From contig CBDAQI010000013.1 of NCBI GenBank assembly GCA_965198945.1, positions 32,001 to 96,000 of the forward strand: DNA of 64,000 nt. Direction: 5' to 3'. Position 1 is the stretch's first letter. Each line of letters starts with the position of its first letter. This document shows positions 8,662 to 19,642 of this stretch, in pieces. Below the pieces are notes generated by a model, which had not been told where the DNA came from, did not search any database, and saw nothing but the letters and a program-made list of their open reading frames with translations. The stretch is from Thermodesulfobacteriota bacterium. Lineage in GTDB: Bacteria; Desulfobacterota_D; UBA1144; Nemesobacterales; Mycalebacteriaceae. Made by a program: the position numbers and the translations under genes.

Positions 8662-11496
8662 TTAACTTGATTGGTTAACCAAATCTCTCACTGCATCAGC
8701 ACAGCGGTCGCACAAGGTTCCGTCATCCGCTCTTTTTGAGACGCTCTCTTCTCTTTTCCAGCAACGCTCGCATTTGGGCTCATCGGTCAAATCTCTAACT
8801 AAAAGTGTTTTTCCGTTTCCAAAGCGGCTTATTCCAAGCAAGTCCGCAATTTCACCGTTTTCAAAACTGCCCGTTTCTCCATCTGCTTGAATGGAAGCAT
8901 CCAGAGGGTTGGAAGGATTGCCTTCTTTTTTGGCTTTTTCAAGCGCGAGAAGGCAAACGTCTTTGAAAGGAAGAATTTGTGTCGTCCATGCGTCCAATAT
9001 CAGTTTTTCTTTTTCTGACAGATTTTGAGTCTTTGGAAAATCTGTCAGATGAACACTCTGCTCTTTACGGTTTCCGGGCAGACAGCGGTATGCTTCTTCG
9101 GACGTATGAACAAGTATTGGAGCACAGAGTTTGATTAGAGCATCAGTAATTTCAAATATGATGGTTTGTGTTTTTCTTCTTCTCTTGCTGTTCGCTTTGT
9201 CGCAATAGAGCCGGTCTCTCACCGCTCCTATGTAGTGCCTGCTCAAAAACATGTCACAGAAATTCAGTATTGAGCCGCTTGCCTCTTTGTATTGAAATTC
9301 AGAATAGAACTTTACGGTTCTGTTGACAGTTTCGTTCAAAATTATCCGCGCTATGCTGTTAATTGACCAGTCGTCTTCACCCGTAAGAAGAACACTGTCA
9401 GTCTCCGGATTAAAATCGTTCAGATTGCTCAAAAGAAAACGGATAGTGTTTCTAATTGTTCTGTATTCATCCGCCGCCCCTTCTATTATGCTTATGTCCG
9501 CTTTCACATCATTTGAGTAGTTCAGCGAACTCACCCACCAGCGGCAGACATCCGCGCCGTATTTTTTCAGAATTTGCTCAACTCCAAGGGCGTTGCCGCC
9601 GGATTTGCTCATTTTTCTGCCCTGCGCGTCAACGATAAAACCGTGCGTCAAAATATCAGAAAAAGGCGGTTTTCCGTTTGCGCCCAGTGATGTGAGAAGT
9701 GAAGATTGAAACCAGCCTCTGTGCTGGTCTGATCCTTCAAGATATATGTCCGCCCTCTTCTGCTCACCTTTTTCAATAACCGAATGCCACGATGAGCCCG
9801 ATTCAAACCACACATCAAAAATGTCTGAGCCTTTCTTGAGTCCAGACGGCTCCCAGCCGTCATCTTTTGCCCATCCGGGCGCATCCCTATCGTCTCCGGG
9901 GTCGTAGCCGGCAAGCAAATCCTCCGCTTCTGATTCAAACCAGAAATTGCTCCCCTTTTCGCGGATTTTCTCGGCCACCGCGAGCACGGTTTTTTCGGTC
10001 AGAAGAATATTGTCTTCAGCGTCTGTAAAAGCCGGAATGGGAAGTCCCCATGAGCGCTGTCTTGATATGCACCAGTCCGGTCTTGACTCAACCATTCCGC
10101 CGAGCCGTTTGCTTCCCCATGCCGGATGAAACTTTACTCCTTCGCCGATATTTTCAAGGCCCATCTCGCATAGTGTTTTTCCGCCCTCTCCCGCCGGTTC
10201 GTCCATTTTTATAAACCACTGTGCTGTTGCGCGGAAAATTGTCGGAGTTTTCCCGCGCCAGTCGTGCGGATAACTGTGAACAATGTCTTCGGAGTGAAAA
10301 AGCAGTTTCAGTTCTTGCAGTTTCCGGATAATAATTCCATTTGCCTCCCAGACAATTTTCCCTTGAAGCCAAATTGGAACAGAGGAATCAAAAGTTCCGT
10401 CTTCACGCACCGGGCAGTAAACCTCAAGACCTTCTTTTATGCCGGTCGCATAGTCTTCGGATCCGTGTCCGGGTGCGGTGTGAACAAGCCCGGTTCCCTC
10501 TCCGGTTACCACATATGGCGCGGCGACAACCCTGCCCCCGTATTCAATGAACGGGTGTTTATAGGTTGTTGCGGCTTCCGCCAAATCTTTTCCGGTGCAG
10601 GAGCCGATTTTTTTTGCTTCCGCCCCGTTTTTTGTGAAAACCGTTTCAGCGAGATTTTCTGAAACAATGCAGAAACGACCTTTATTTTTATAAAGCCCGT
10701 ATTGGGCCTCAGGCCCGACTGCAATCGCGCGATTTGCCGGAAGTGTCCAAGGTGTTGTCGTCCATACCATAAGAAAAACATCGCCGTTTTCCGGCGCGTT
10801 CAGAGTTTCGGGAAGTTTCCCCGCATCCGTAACGGGAAAAAGAACATAGACGCTTGGGTCTGTTCTGTCGTGGTATTCAAGTTCCGCTTCCGCGAGCGCG
10901 GTTTTGTTCTCAATAGACCAGTGAACCGGTTTAAGGTCATGCCAGACAATGTTTTTCGCCACAAGTTTTGAAAAAACCTCAAGCACTCCGGCTTCATATT
11001 CAGGAGACATGGTCAAATACGGATTTTCATAATCGGCGAGCGTTCCGAGCCGTTTCATCTCTTTTGTCTGTTTACGGACGAATTTATCCGCATAGTTGCG
11101 GCATTTTTTTCTTATTAAAATCGGATCCGTTTCTGAAGTTATGTCTTCTGATTCCTTGAGCACTTTGTGTTCAATGGGGAGTCCGTGGCAGTCCCATCCG
11201 GGTATGAGAAAAGAGTCAAAACCTTCCATCTGTTTTGAGCGCACAAGAATGTCTTTTAAGATTTTGTTCAGCAGATGCCCAATGTGGATTGAGCCGTTTG
11301 CGTAAGGGGGGCCGTCATGCAGAACAAACTTTTTTCCGCCTGCGGATTTTTTTCTTATCGCCGAAAACAGATTCATTGTTTCCCATTCTTTTTGAATTAA
11401 AGGCTCTTTCTGTATGAGCCCCGCCTTCATCGGAAACCCTTTCACTTCTGGAAGGTTCAATGAGTCTCTGTATTCTTTTTTAGGTTTTTCAGACAT
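8662..11496 (-). CDS. ileS: Isoleucine--tRNA ligase
   Basis: HDGPPYANG, HIGH, WCISRQR, KMSKS, C-terminal Zn finger CERCW...CDRC. Confidence 0.97.
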   Translation of the reverse strand: MSEKPKKEYRDSLNLPEVKGFPMKAGLIQKEPLIQKEWETMNLFSAIRKKSAGGKKFVLHDGPPYANGSIHIGHLLNKILKDILVRSKQMEGFDSFLIPGWDCHGLPIEHKVLKESEDITSETDPILIRKKCRNYADKFVRKQTKEMKRLGTLADYENPYLTMSPEYEAGVLEVFSKLVAKNIVWHDLKPVHWSIENKTALAEAELEYHDRTDPSVYVLFPVTDAGKLPETLNAPENGDVFLMVWTTTPWTLPANRAIAVGPEAQYGLYKNKGRFCIVSENLAETVFTKNGAEAKKIGSCTGKDLAEAATTYKHPFIEYGGRVVAAPYVVTGEGTGLVHTAPGHGSEDYATGIKEGLEVYCPVREDGTFDSSVPIWLQGKIVWEANGIIIRKLQELKLLFHSEDIVHSYPHDWRGKTPTIFRATAQWFIKMDEPAGEGGKTLCEMGLENIGEGVKFHPAWGSKRLGGMVESRPDWCISRQRSWGLPIPAFTDAEDNILLTEKTVLAVAEKIREKGSNFWFESEAEDLLAGYDPGDDRDAPGWAKDDGWEPSGLKKGSDIFDVWFESGSSWHSVIEKGEQKRADIYLEGSDQHRGWFQSSLLTSLGANGKPPFSDILTHGFIVDAQGRKMSKSGGNALGVEQILKKYGADVCRWWVSSLNYSNDVKADISIIEGAADEYRTIRNTIRFLLSNLNDFNPETDSVLLTGEDDWSINSIARIILNETVNRTVKFYSEFQYKEASGSILNFCDMFLSRHYIGAVRDRLYCDKANSKRRRKTQTIIFEITDALIKLCAPILVHTSEEAYRCLPGNRKEQSVHLTDFPKTQNLSEKEKLILDAWTTQILPFKDVCLLALEKAKKEGNPSNPLDASIQADGETGSFENGEIADLLGISRFGNGKTLLVRDLTDEPKCERCWKREESVSKRADDGTLCDRCADAVRDLVNQSS

Positions 11497-11518
11497 GTTT
11501 TGTGTATAGGGTTTTTAA

Positions 11519-11875
11519 TCAGTCTTTGGGGCGAATGATTTCCCAATAGACATATTTTTCAAGTTTGTCGTGCATTTTTTTGGCGAATTTCGCCCATTTA
11601 TCCCACTCTTTTTTGTAGGGTTTTGTTTCGTCCACTTTATTTCTGATTTTCAGCCCGGTCTCGGTGGTTTCAATGATATATTCTCCGGAGCCTTCAAACG
11701 CTTCCTGAAGTTTCTCCGCGTATTCGTGCAGTATATCCACCTTTTCAGGGCTCATATCTCTGATTTCCATTATGAAATAGCCGTTTTTCTGGTCAGAGGG
11801 CATATCCATCATACTGCCCTGCTGAAACACGGTTGTGTTTATGTCTTCGGCTTTCATTGATATCAGTAGTTCCAT
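11519..11875 (-). CDS. Hypothetical protein
   Basis: 118-aa ORF with coding-like composition between the methyltransferase and ileS. Confidence 0.65.
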   Translation of the reverse strand: MELLISMKAEDINTTVFQQGSMMDMPSDQKNGYFIMEIRDMSPEKVDILHEYAEKLQEAFEGSGEYIIETTETGLKIRNKVDETKPYKKEWDKWAKFAKKMHDKLEKYVYWEIIRPKD

Positions 11876-11929
11876 TTCTAATAGTCTACGCTTTTTTCAG
11901 AATTTTGATTTTCTGTTTGATTTTGTCAA

Positions 11930-13190
11930 TTACATCAGTGTTATGGATTTTTTTACCGCCGTTTTACTTCTTTCCTGATACCTGACAAACCTGTTCAAAT
12001 GTCTGTAATCTGGACTCCTGTCCACAGAGACGAACCCTGACTTTATAAGATGCGCGTTGATAAACGCTGTGCCCCTTTGTCTTTTCTCTTATAAAAGATA
12101 TTGCCTCTTCTTCGGTCTTTTTTAACGGTCTCACTCCTATCAGCCTGATTTTTGCGCCATTGTTCAGGAGAAGTGTATTTGGAGTGATAATTTTTCTGAC
12201 ACGGTAGTGAGTGTCTTTTTCACTTCCATTTCCATCAATTTTTGAACCGAAAGTGAGTTTTCTGGGATCAATTTTTCTTTCCATTTTCACGGTGTCTCTA
12301 AATCTGTATGGCAGGCGGTCAATTCTGCGTTTCCATTCTCTTTTGTCCGGAACATTCTCTGACTCATCAGAGAATTTAACATTTTCCATATTCAGCAAAC
12401 TTCCGTCCATTCCCAGTTTGTTTCTTATTACAGGAAGAAAGTCGCCATTGATCTCATAACCAAAAGAGTTTCTTTTAAGATTCATCGCGCTCAGCGATGT
12501 TGTGCCGCTTCCAAGGAAGGGGTCAAGAACTGTGTCCCCCACAAAAGAAAACATTTTTATAAGTCTTCCGGGAAGTTCAAGAGGAAACATTGCGATATGC
12601 TTGTCCTGTCTCTCACCTTTGAAGTTCCAGTGTCCCGAAAAGTAGGTGTTCCATTCCTCATTGGTCAGTTTTGAATTTTTCTTTCTTTCTTTTTCAACTG
12701 ATTGCCCTGTGGGAGAACCGGTTTTTTTGAATATAAGTATTGATTCATAATCAATTTTGACTATTCCGTTTCGCGGATAGGGATATGAGCCCATAACCGA
12801 ACCGCCTCCCGTTGTGTTGGTGGTGGTTTTTTTCTGCCAGATAATAGTTCCCATATAGTCAAAGCCGACTGATTCACAGAACTTGATTATCTCCGTTTTA
12901 ATCGGAATGACTTTGTATCTTCCATAGTATACGGAGCGGGCGAACTGGTCTCCTGTGTTGATGCAAAGCCTGCACCCGCCGTCAAGAATCCTGCGGCATT
13001 CAGACCACACAAGGTTCAGGTTATTTATGTAATCCTCGTAGGAATTATTAAATCCAATCTGGTTTTCACTGCCGTAGTCTTTTAGCTGCCAATATGGCGG
13101 CGATGTTACAATGAGCTGAACACGGCGGTCCCCGACCGACTTCATCCGCCTTGCATCTCCTATGATGACTTTATGGAAAGTTTTTTCCAT
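11930..13190 (-). CDS. Beta-class amino (N4-C/N6-A) DNA methyltransferase with a disrupted C-terminal thermonuclease(SNase)-like domain
   Basis: TSPPY precedes DPFLGSGTT; the C-terminal 'IRLIGV' and 'FINAHLIKSG' segments are in different frames across ~12062. Confidence 0.8.
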
Positions 13191-13200
13191 CAGTTTCTTA

Positions 13201-14500
13201 TCAACCCTCAAACACAAGTTTAAACGGTTCTTCGACCGCTTCGGCAATCCATCTGGAAAATCTCGCCGCTTCGGCGCCGTCTATCATTCTGTGGTCATAT
13301 GACAGAGACAGCGGAAGGAACATTCCGGGTTTGAACTGTCCCGACTTCGGGTCAAAAACCGGACGGATTTGTGAGCGCGACAGACCCAGTATTGCGACTT
13401 CCGGAAAGTTTACAATCGGCGTGAAGCGGTCGCCGCCGATGCCGCCGAGGTTGCTTACGCTGAAACTTGCCCCCTGAAGTTCGTCCGGTTTGATATTTTT
13501 CTCTCTTGCTCTTCTCGCAAGGTCGGTCAGTTCAATTGATATTTCAATGATGTTTTTTTTATCCGCGTTTTTGATTACCGGCAGAACAAGACCTCTTTCC
13601 GTGTCCACGGCGATTCCGATGTTTACATATTTTTTGAAAACCATTTCGCTTCTTTTTGCGTCAAAGCTCCCGTTGAATTTTGGAAACACTCCGAGCGCTG
13701 AAGCGACAACCTTGACCATAATTGCCGTTACAGTGAGTTTTCCTCCGACTTTTTCAGCTTTCGCGCTGAAAACTTTTACGCAGATTTTCAAGTTCGGTGA
13801 TATCCGCGCTGTCGTGATGAGTAACATGCGGAACGGTTGTCCACGAGCAGGTGAGTCGCTGCGAAGATATTTTGCCGACCGTTGACAGCGGAATCCTTTC
13901 GGTTTCCCCCCAGCTTGAAAAGTCCGGAAGGTCTGAAGACGTGTCCATATTGCTGTTTATAAAATCTTTTGCCTGCGCTCTCACATCTTCTGCTGACACC
14001 CTTCCCCTTGCTCCGGTGCCTTTAATTTTTGAATATCAATGCCAAGCTCCCGCGCGAGCGATTTGGCGGACGGTGATGAGGGGGGAAGATTTTTAGATTC
14101 TGATTTTTGCATCTGCGGTTTTTGCGGAGCGGGTTCGGGCTCCAAAGTTTTTTCTTCCACTACTTTTTGTTCAGATTCGGGAGCGGTTTCTTTTTCCGGA
14201 GTTTTTTTCTCCGCCGGGTTTTTCTTTCTTCGCGGGTTTGGATTTTGCCGGGCTGACAGATTTTCCGCTTTCGTTTATGACGGCTATGGTTCCGCCGACT
14301 TTTATTTTGTCTCCGACCACCACTTCAATTTTTTCAACCGTTCCCGCAAACGGACACGGCAGTTCAAAAACAGATTTATCGGTTTCAAGTTCAATAATAG
14401 GTTCATCTTTGCCAACCACCCCGCCCGCTTCAATAAGCACGGCAATTACGGTTGCCTCTTCAATGTTTTCACCAATTTCCGGCAGGCGGAATTTTTTCAT
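13201..14500 (-). CDS. aceF: Pyruvate dehydrogenase E2 dihydrolipoamide acetyltransferase (three frameshifts)
   Basis: Lipoyl domain ETDK, E3-binding 'ARELGIDI..IKGTGARGRV', catalytic YDHRMIDG; shifts near 14200, 14030 and 13770. Confidence 0.9.
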
Positions 14501-14527
14501 GTCAGGTTTCCTCCCGTCGTCTCATTG

Positions 14528-15268
14528 CTAATCACTCAATTCCTTTCTTTTTCTGGTCTTCATATCTTTATGCTCCGGCAGATGCTTTGTATGTCTGTCT
14601 ATGACTTCCAAAGATAACCTGTCAAAGTGCCTGTTAAAAAGTTTGCGTGCAGTTTGAGTGTGATTTCTTGACATATCCGAAAGACACCAGCCGATGCCTG
14701 TTTGAATGAAACGCTCAGATGAATCTGCCAAATCTTCAATAATTTCAGCGATTAGATTATGGTGTAAACCCACTCGTCCCGCGCCCCGAAAGGCCACAAT
14801 AGACGACCTTTTTTGCCACAGATTTTTTGCGCTCCGCCACTTTGCAATTCTTTCAGCGGATTTGTCGTTGTTTTTCAAAATCAGCGGGTCAAGCACTCTC
14901 ACACACAGCCAGTCGTTTGTTGACCAGTCGTAAATATCACCCCGCCTGAAAACCCTTTTCAGGAAACCGAGAGTTTTTCCGGAGGGCTGTTTATCAATAC
15001 AGTTTTGCAACAAAAAAATACCGGCGAATTTGTCTTCTGCAAAACTTTGTGCGAACAGCATGTCAGACAACTCCATTTGCTTATCAGGCGGAGAGTCCGT
15101 CATTCCATAGTCGGCGAGCCAGGATTTCAAAATGTTTTTAATTTCAGGTGTCGGAACACCGCGATATTCAATGGCTCCTTTCAAATAGTTGTTGAACCAG
15201 TTCCGCTTTTTGGGGTCAGCGGAGGCGGCGAGACGGCCTTGCAGTTTTTTAATCAGCCTGTTTTTCAT
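14528..15268 (-). CDS. DNA alkylation repair protein (AlkD-like HEAT-repeat glycosylase)
   Basis: 'YRGV.TP', 'IYDWSTND', 'W....NLWQKR', 'ERFIQTGIGW.L'. Confidence 0.8.
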   Translation of the reverse strand: MKNRLIKKLQGRLAASADPKKRNWFNNYLKGAIEYRGVPTPEIKNILKSWLADYGMTDSPPDKQMELSDMLFAQSFAEDKFAGIFLLQNCIDKQPSGKTLGFLKRVFRRGDIYDWSTNDWLCVRVLDPLILKNNDKSAERIAKWRSAKNLWQKRSSIVAFRGAGRVGLHHNLIAEIIEDLADSSERFIQTGIGWCLSDMSRNHTQTARKLFNRHFDRLSLEVIDRHTKHLPEHKDMKTRKRKELSD

Positions 15269-15277
15269 TCAAAATAC

Positions 15278-17941
15278 TCACATAAACATCGGGTCTTTTT
15301 TTCGCGGATTGATCCGGAGTTCTTTCATTGCTTTTTCAAGATTTTCATCGCTCATTTTTCCCTCTTCCCTGAGCGCCCACAGGGCGGCGTAAACGATGTT
15401 GTTTGAATCCACTTCAAAAAACTCTCTTAATTTTTCTCTTGTGTCGCTTCTGCCGAATCCGTCCGTTCCAAGCTCCACCGTTCGTCCCGGCAACAGCCGG
15501 GAAATTGAAGACGGCAGAGATTTCAGATAGTCCGAAGCGGCTACAAAAACACCGTTTTCATTTTTCAGGCAGTTTTCAATATGTGAACTTTTCTTCTTCC
15601 CGAAAGGATGAAGCCTGTTCCACCTTTCCGTTTCAAGAGCGTTCCTGTATAACTCCTTGTAGCTTGTCACACTCCACACATCAGCGGATACACCGTATTT
15701 CTCAAGAATTTCTGCCGCACCTGTTGCCTCGTTCATTATTGCCCCGCTACCCAGCAGGTGAGCTTTCGGCGCGTTTTTTTTACGCATTTTTGATTTTGAA
15801 AACCTATACATTCCTTTCATTATGCCTTCGGTGACATTTCTCCCCTCCGGCATTTGCGGCTGCTCGTATTGCTCATTCATAACCGTTATGTAGTAGAAAA
15901 TATCCTCTCCGTCGCAATACATTCTTTTCATTCCTTCGCGCACAATGACTGCCAGTTCAAATGCGAAAGCCGGGTCATATGCCATCATCGTGGGAAAAGC
16001 GTAGGAAAAATGATGGCTGTTTCCGTCCTGATGTTGCAGTCCTTCGCCCGCAAGTGTTGTTCTGCCCGAAGTTCCGCCGATTAAAAATCCCCTGCACCTC
16101 ATATCTCCGGCCGCCCAGGCGAGGTCTCCTATTCTTTGAAGACCGAACATTGAATAAAAAATAAAAAACGGAATGGTGTTGATTCCGTGAGTTACGTGCG
16201 AGGTCCCCGCCGCAATGAAAGAAGACATTGCTCCCGCTTCGGTTATTCCCTCTTCAAGAATCTGGCCGTCTTTCGCCTCTCTGTAATACAAAAGCAGGTC
16301 TGAATCCACCGGCTCATATTTCTGTCCTTCGCTCGCATATATGCCCACTTGCCGGAAAAGCGGCTCCATTCCGAATGTGCGGGCTTCATCGGGCACTATC
16401 GGCACTATCAGCTTTCCCGTTTCTCCGTCTTTGAGAAGTGATGAAAGCATCTTCACAAAAGCCGTCGTTGTGGAAACTTTTCTTCCGTTAGAGCCGCTTA
16501 GAAATTCATCAAAAACTTTTTCGGAAATTTGTTTCAAATTTGCAGCCCTGTTAATTCTCGACGGCGCCGCGCCGCCCAGTTTTTTTCGTTTTTCAAGCAT
16601 ATAAGCGACTTCGTCTCCGTATTCCGGCGGCTTGTAAAACGGCACTCCGGATTCCAACTGCTCATCCGATATGGGAATGCGCAGGCGGTCTCTGAATTCT
16701 TTGAGTTCCTGTTCGTTGAGTTTTTTCTGCTGGTGCGTTATGTTGCGCCCTTCCCCGCTTTCTCCGAGTCCGTAACCCTTAACCGTCTTCGCAAGAATGA
16801 CCGATGGCTTTCCCTTTTGATCCACCGCCGCGCGGTAAGCGGCATAAACTTTTTCCGGGTCATGTCCGCCGCGCGCAAGTTTTTCAAGCTGCTCATCGGT
16901 GTGATTTTTGACCATATCAAGAAGCATCGGGTGTGTTCCAAAAAATTTTTTGCGAATATATGCCCCGCTCTCAACAACATATTTCTGATATTCGCCGTCA
17001 ACCGTTTCTTCCATTCTTTGCACGAGCAGTCCCCGAGTGTCTTTTTCCAGAAGCGGGTCCCAGTTTGTTCCCCATATAACCTTGAAGACTTCCCACCCGG
17101 CGCCCCGGAAAATTGCCTCCAGTTCCTGAATTATTTTGCCGTTGCCCCTCACGGGCCCGTCAAGCCGCTGAAGATTGCAGTTTATTACAAAAATGAGGTT
17201 GTCCAGATTTTCACGCGACGCAAGTGTTATGGCGCCGAGGGTTTCCGGCTCATCCGACTCGCCGTCTCCGAGAAAAACCCACACTTTTGATTCAGACTTA
17301 TCTATCAGGCCCCTGTTTTCCAGATACCTGTTGAAACGCGCCTGGTAGATTCCCATTATCGGTGAGATTCCCATTGAAACGGTCGGAAATTCCCAGAAGT
17401 CCGGCATCAGCCAGGGGTGGGGATATGACGACAGCCCCCTTCCATTACCGGTTTCGCGTCTGAAGTTTTTCATCTGTTCAAGCGAAACCCTGTTTTCAAG
17501 AAAGGCCCTCGCATATATTCCCGGCGATGAGTGTCCCTGAAAATAGACCATGTCTGCGTTTTCGCCGGCTTTGAGAAAATGGTTGAATGCGACTTCAAGC
17601 AGCGTTGCCGCGGAAGCGTAGGTTGATATATGTCCGCCGATTCCGTCTGAAAGCCGGTTTGCCCTTACGACCATCGCCATCGCATTCCAGCGAATGATAT
17701 TTTTAATCCGCTTCTCAATTTCGCGGTTTCCCGGAAACTGCGGCTGCCCGCCCGGGGGAATTGTGTTTATGTAGGGTGTGTTGGCGGCATATGGAATATG
17801 AACGCTTTTTTGAGCAGCGTGGTTTTGAAGCCGCCCCAACAGGCGCGACGCTCTTTCCTTTCCGCTGGCGGCGGCTACTTCGTCAAAAGAATCAGTCCAC
17901 TCGAGGTCTTCTGTCTGTTCTTCGGTTTTTTTGTCCGGCAT
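15278..17941 (-). CDS. aceE: Pyruvate dehydrogenase E1, homodimeric type
   Basis: GGHISTYAS, SSYPHPWLMP, GDGESDEPE, QRLDGPVRGN, GEGLQHQDG. Confidence 0.97.
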   Translation of the reverse strand: MPDKKTEEQTEDLEWTDSFDEVAAASGKERASRLLGRLQNHAAQKSVHIPYAANTPYINTIPPGGQPQFPGNREIEKRIKNIIRWNAMAMVVRANRLSDGIGGHISTYASAATLLEVAFNHFLKAGENADMVYFQGHSSPGIYARAFLENRVSLEQMKNFRRETGNGRGLSSYPHPWLMPDFWEFPTVSMGISPIMGIYQARFNRYLENRGLIDKSESKVWVFLGDGESDEPETLGAITLASRENLDNLIFVINCNLQRLDGPVRGNGKIIQELEAIFRGAGWEVFKVIWGTNWDPLLEKDTRGLLVQRMEETVDGEYQKYVVESGAYIRKKFFGTHPMLLDMVKNHTDEQLEKLARGGHDPEKVYAAYRAAVDQKGKPSVILAKTVKGYGLGESGEGRNITHQQKKLNEQELKEFRDRLRIPISDEQLESGVPFYKPPEYGDEVAYMLEKRKKLGGAAPSRINRAANLKQISEKVFDEFLSGSNGRKVSTTTAFVKMLSSLLKDGETGKLIVPIVPDEARTFGMEPLFRQVGIYASEGQKYEPVDSDLLLYYREAKDGQILEEGITEAGAMSSFIAAGTSHVTHGINTIPFFIFYSMFGLQRIGDLAWAAGDMRCRGFLIGGTSGRTTLAGEGLQHQDGNSHHFSYAFPTMMAYDPAFAFELAVIVREGMKRMYCDGEDIFYYITVMNEQYEQPQMPEGRNVTEGIMKGMYRFSKSKMRKKNAPKAHLLGSGAIMNEATGAAEILEKYGVSADVWSVTSYKELYRNALETERWNRLHPFGKKKSSHIENCLKNENGVFVAASDYLKSLPSSISRLLPGRTVELGTDGFGRSDTREKLREFFEVDSNNIVYAALWALREEGKMSDENLEKAMKELRINPRKKDPMFM

Positions 17942-18041
17942 TTACAGCATTATATCTCATGCCTCAAAGCTGAAACTTGTGATCTTTTAATGTGTGCGGT
18001 TTGTCAACCGGACATTTCTTGATGTAGAATAGCCCCCTGAT

Positions 18042-19478
18042 ATGAGTTCTCCCAAGTATGATCTTGTTGTAATCGGTTCCGGTCCCGGCGGTTACGTTTC
18101 GGCAATCAGGGCCGCCCAGCTAGGGATGAAAACCGCCGTTATTGAGCGTGACAATCCCGGAGGCGTTTGCCTCAACTGGGGATGTATTCCCTCAAAAGCC
18201 ATTATCAAATGCGCCGAAGTCTATAACTATTTTCAAAGCTCCGAAAACTACGGAATTTCCCACAAGGGGCTTTCATTTGACTATTCAAAAGTGATAGACA
18301 AAAGCAGAGGCGCGTCGTCATCCCTCAACAAAGGGGTGGAGTTTCTGCTGAAGAAAAACAAAATAGATCTCATAAAAGGCGCGGCGAAGCTTCTCCGCCC
18401 GGGCGCGATTGGCATTGCAGGTGATGAAGACTCTGAAATTCAGGGACAGAAAATTCTGCTTGCAACCGGTTCCGTCCCGCGCACCATTCCCGGGATGGAA
18501 ATAGACGGCAAAATCGTTATGACAAGCGATGAGGCGATAATGAACCGGAGTGTGCCGAAAAATATAGTCATTATCGGCGGCGGATACATAGGAGTTGAAT
18601 TCGCATATGTTTACAATTCTTTCGGCAGCAAGGTTACAATTGTTGAAATGGCTCCAAATATAATTCCGGGAGCCGATGAGGACATTTCAAAAGAGCTTGA
18701 AAAAAGTTTCAAAAAGCGTGGTATTGAGATTCTGACTTCAACCGCCTACAAGTCAATCAAAAAGACGAAAACCGGCGCAAAAATAACCGTTGCGGATGTG
18801 GGTTCCGGAGAAGAAAAAACTCTGAGTAAGGAAATAGTTCTTGTTGCGATCGGAAGAAAAGCCGTGGCAAATTCGGCTCCGACCTCTTTCAGTTTTTACG
18901 GCTCCGGAGACAGCCTCGGTCTTGACGAACTGGGCATAGAAACTGATGAACAGGGTTTTATCAAAACTGATGAGTCTTACTCAACGACTTGTTCGGGCGT
19001 TTACGCAATCGGCGATGTAAATGGTCCGCCCCTTCTTGCGCACAAGGCTTCAGACGAGGGTGTTGTCGCGGTTGAGCGCATGAACGGGCTTGAAACCCGC
19101 GTCCACTATGACAACATTCCGGGCTGTGTCTACTGTCAGCCGGAGGTTGCCTCCGTTGGCCTGACTAAAAAACAGGCAAATGACTCCGGGTATAACCTTT
19201 CGGTCGGAACCTTCCCTTTCAAGGCGGTGGGCAAAGCGGTTGCGGTCGGGGAAACAGAAGGGTTTGTCAAAATTATTTCAAACAAAGACAACGGAGAAAT
19301 TCTCGGCGCCCATATCATAGGGCACGGAGCAACCGAGCTTATAGCCGAACTTGGAACCGCAAAAACCCTTGAATCCACTCCCTACGAAATAGCCACAACC
19401 TCGCACGCGCACCCCACACTTTCAGAAGCTGTTATGGAAGCCGCCCTTGCCGCTATGGGTAGGCGGAGGAATTTTTAA
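18042..19478 (+). CDS. lpdA: Dihydrolipoyl dehydrogenase
   Basis: GSGPGG, GGVCLNWGCIPSK, HPTLSE. Confidence 0.97.
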   Translation: MSSPKYDLVVIGSGPGGYVSAIRAAQLGMKTAVIERDNPGGVCLNWGCIPSKAIIKCAEVYNYFQSSENYGISHKGLSFDYSKVIDKSRGASSSLNKGVEFLLKKNKIDLIKGAAKLLRPGAIGIAGDEDSEIQGQKILLATGSVPRTIPGMEIDGKIVMTSDEAIMNRSVPKNIVIIGGGYIGVEFAYVYNSFGSKVTIVEMAPNIIPGADEDISKELEKSFKKRGIEILTSTAYKSIKKTKTGAKITVADVGSGEEKTLSKEIVLVAIGRKAVANSAPTSFSFYGSGDSLGLDELGIETDEQGFIKTDESYSTTCSGVYAIGDVNGPPLLAHKASDEGVVAVERMNGLETRVHYDNIPGCVYCQPEVASVGLTKKQANDSGYNLSVGTFPFKAVGKAVAVGETEGFVKIISNKDNGEILGAHIIGHGATELIAELGTAKTLESTPYEIATTSHAHPTLSEAVMEAALAAMGRRRNF

Positions 19479-19642
19479 GCGTCTAAGGGTCTCATATTTA
19501 TTCTGCGGCTCTGTTTTCCACAGGTAAAAGTTTTCACCCGTTTCGTACGCCATTGTTTGCCTGAGTGGTATAGAATTATCAGACTGAAATAAAAATTGAA
19601 AAAAACTGTTAATACGCATTAAAAATCCGCTGATAAACAATT

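Noticed and set aside
8655..8680. ATAAGTTAAC repeated from the dif region, a possible second Xer site
   Set aside because: No 11-6-11 structure; it lies at the convergent stops of hinT and ileS
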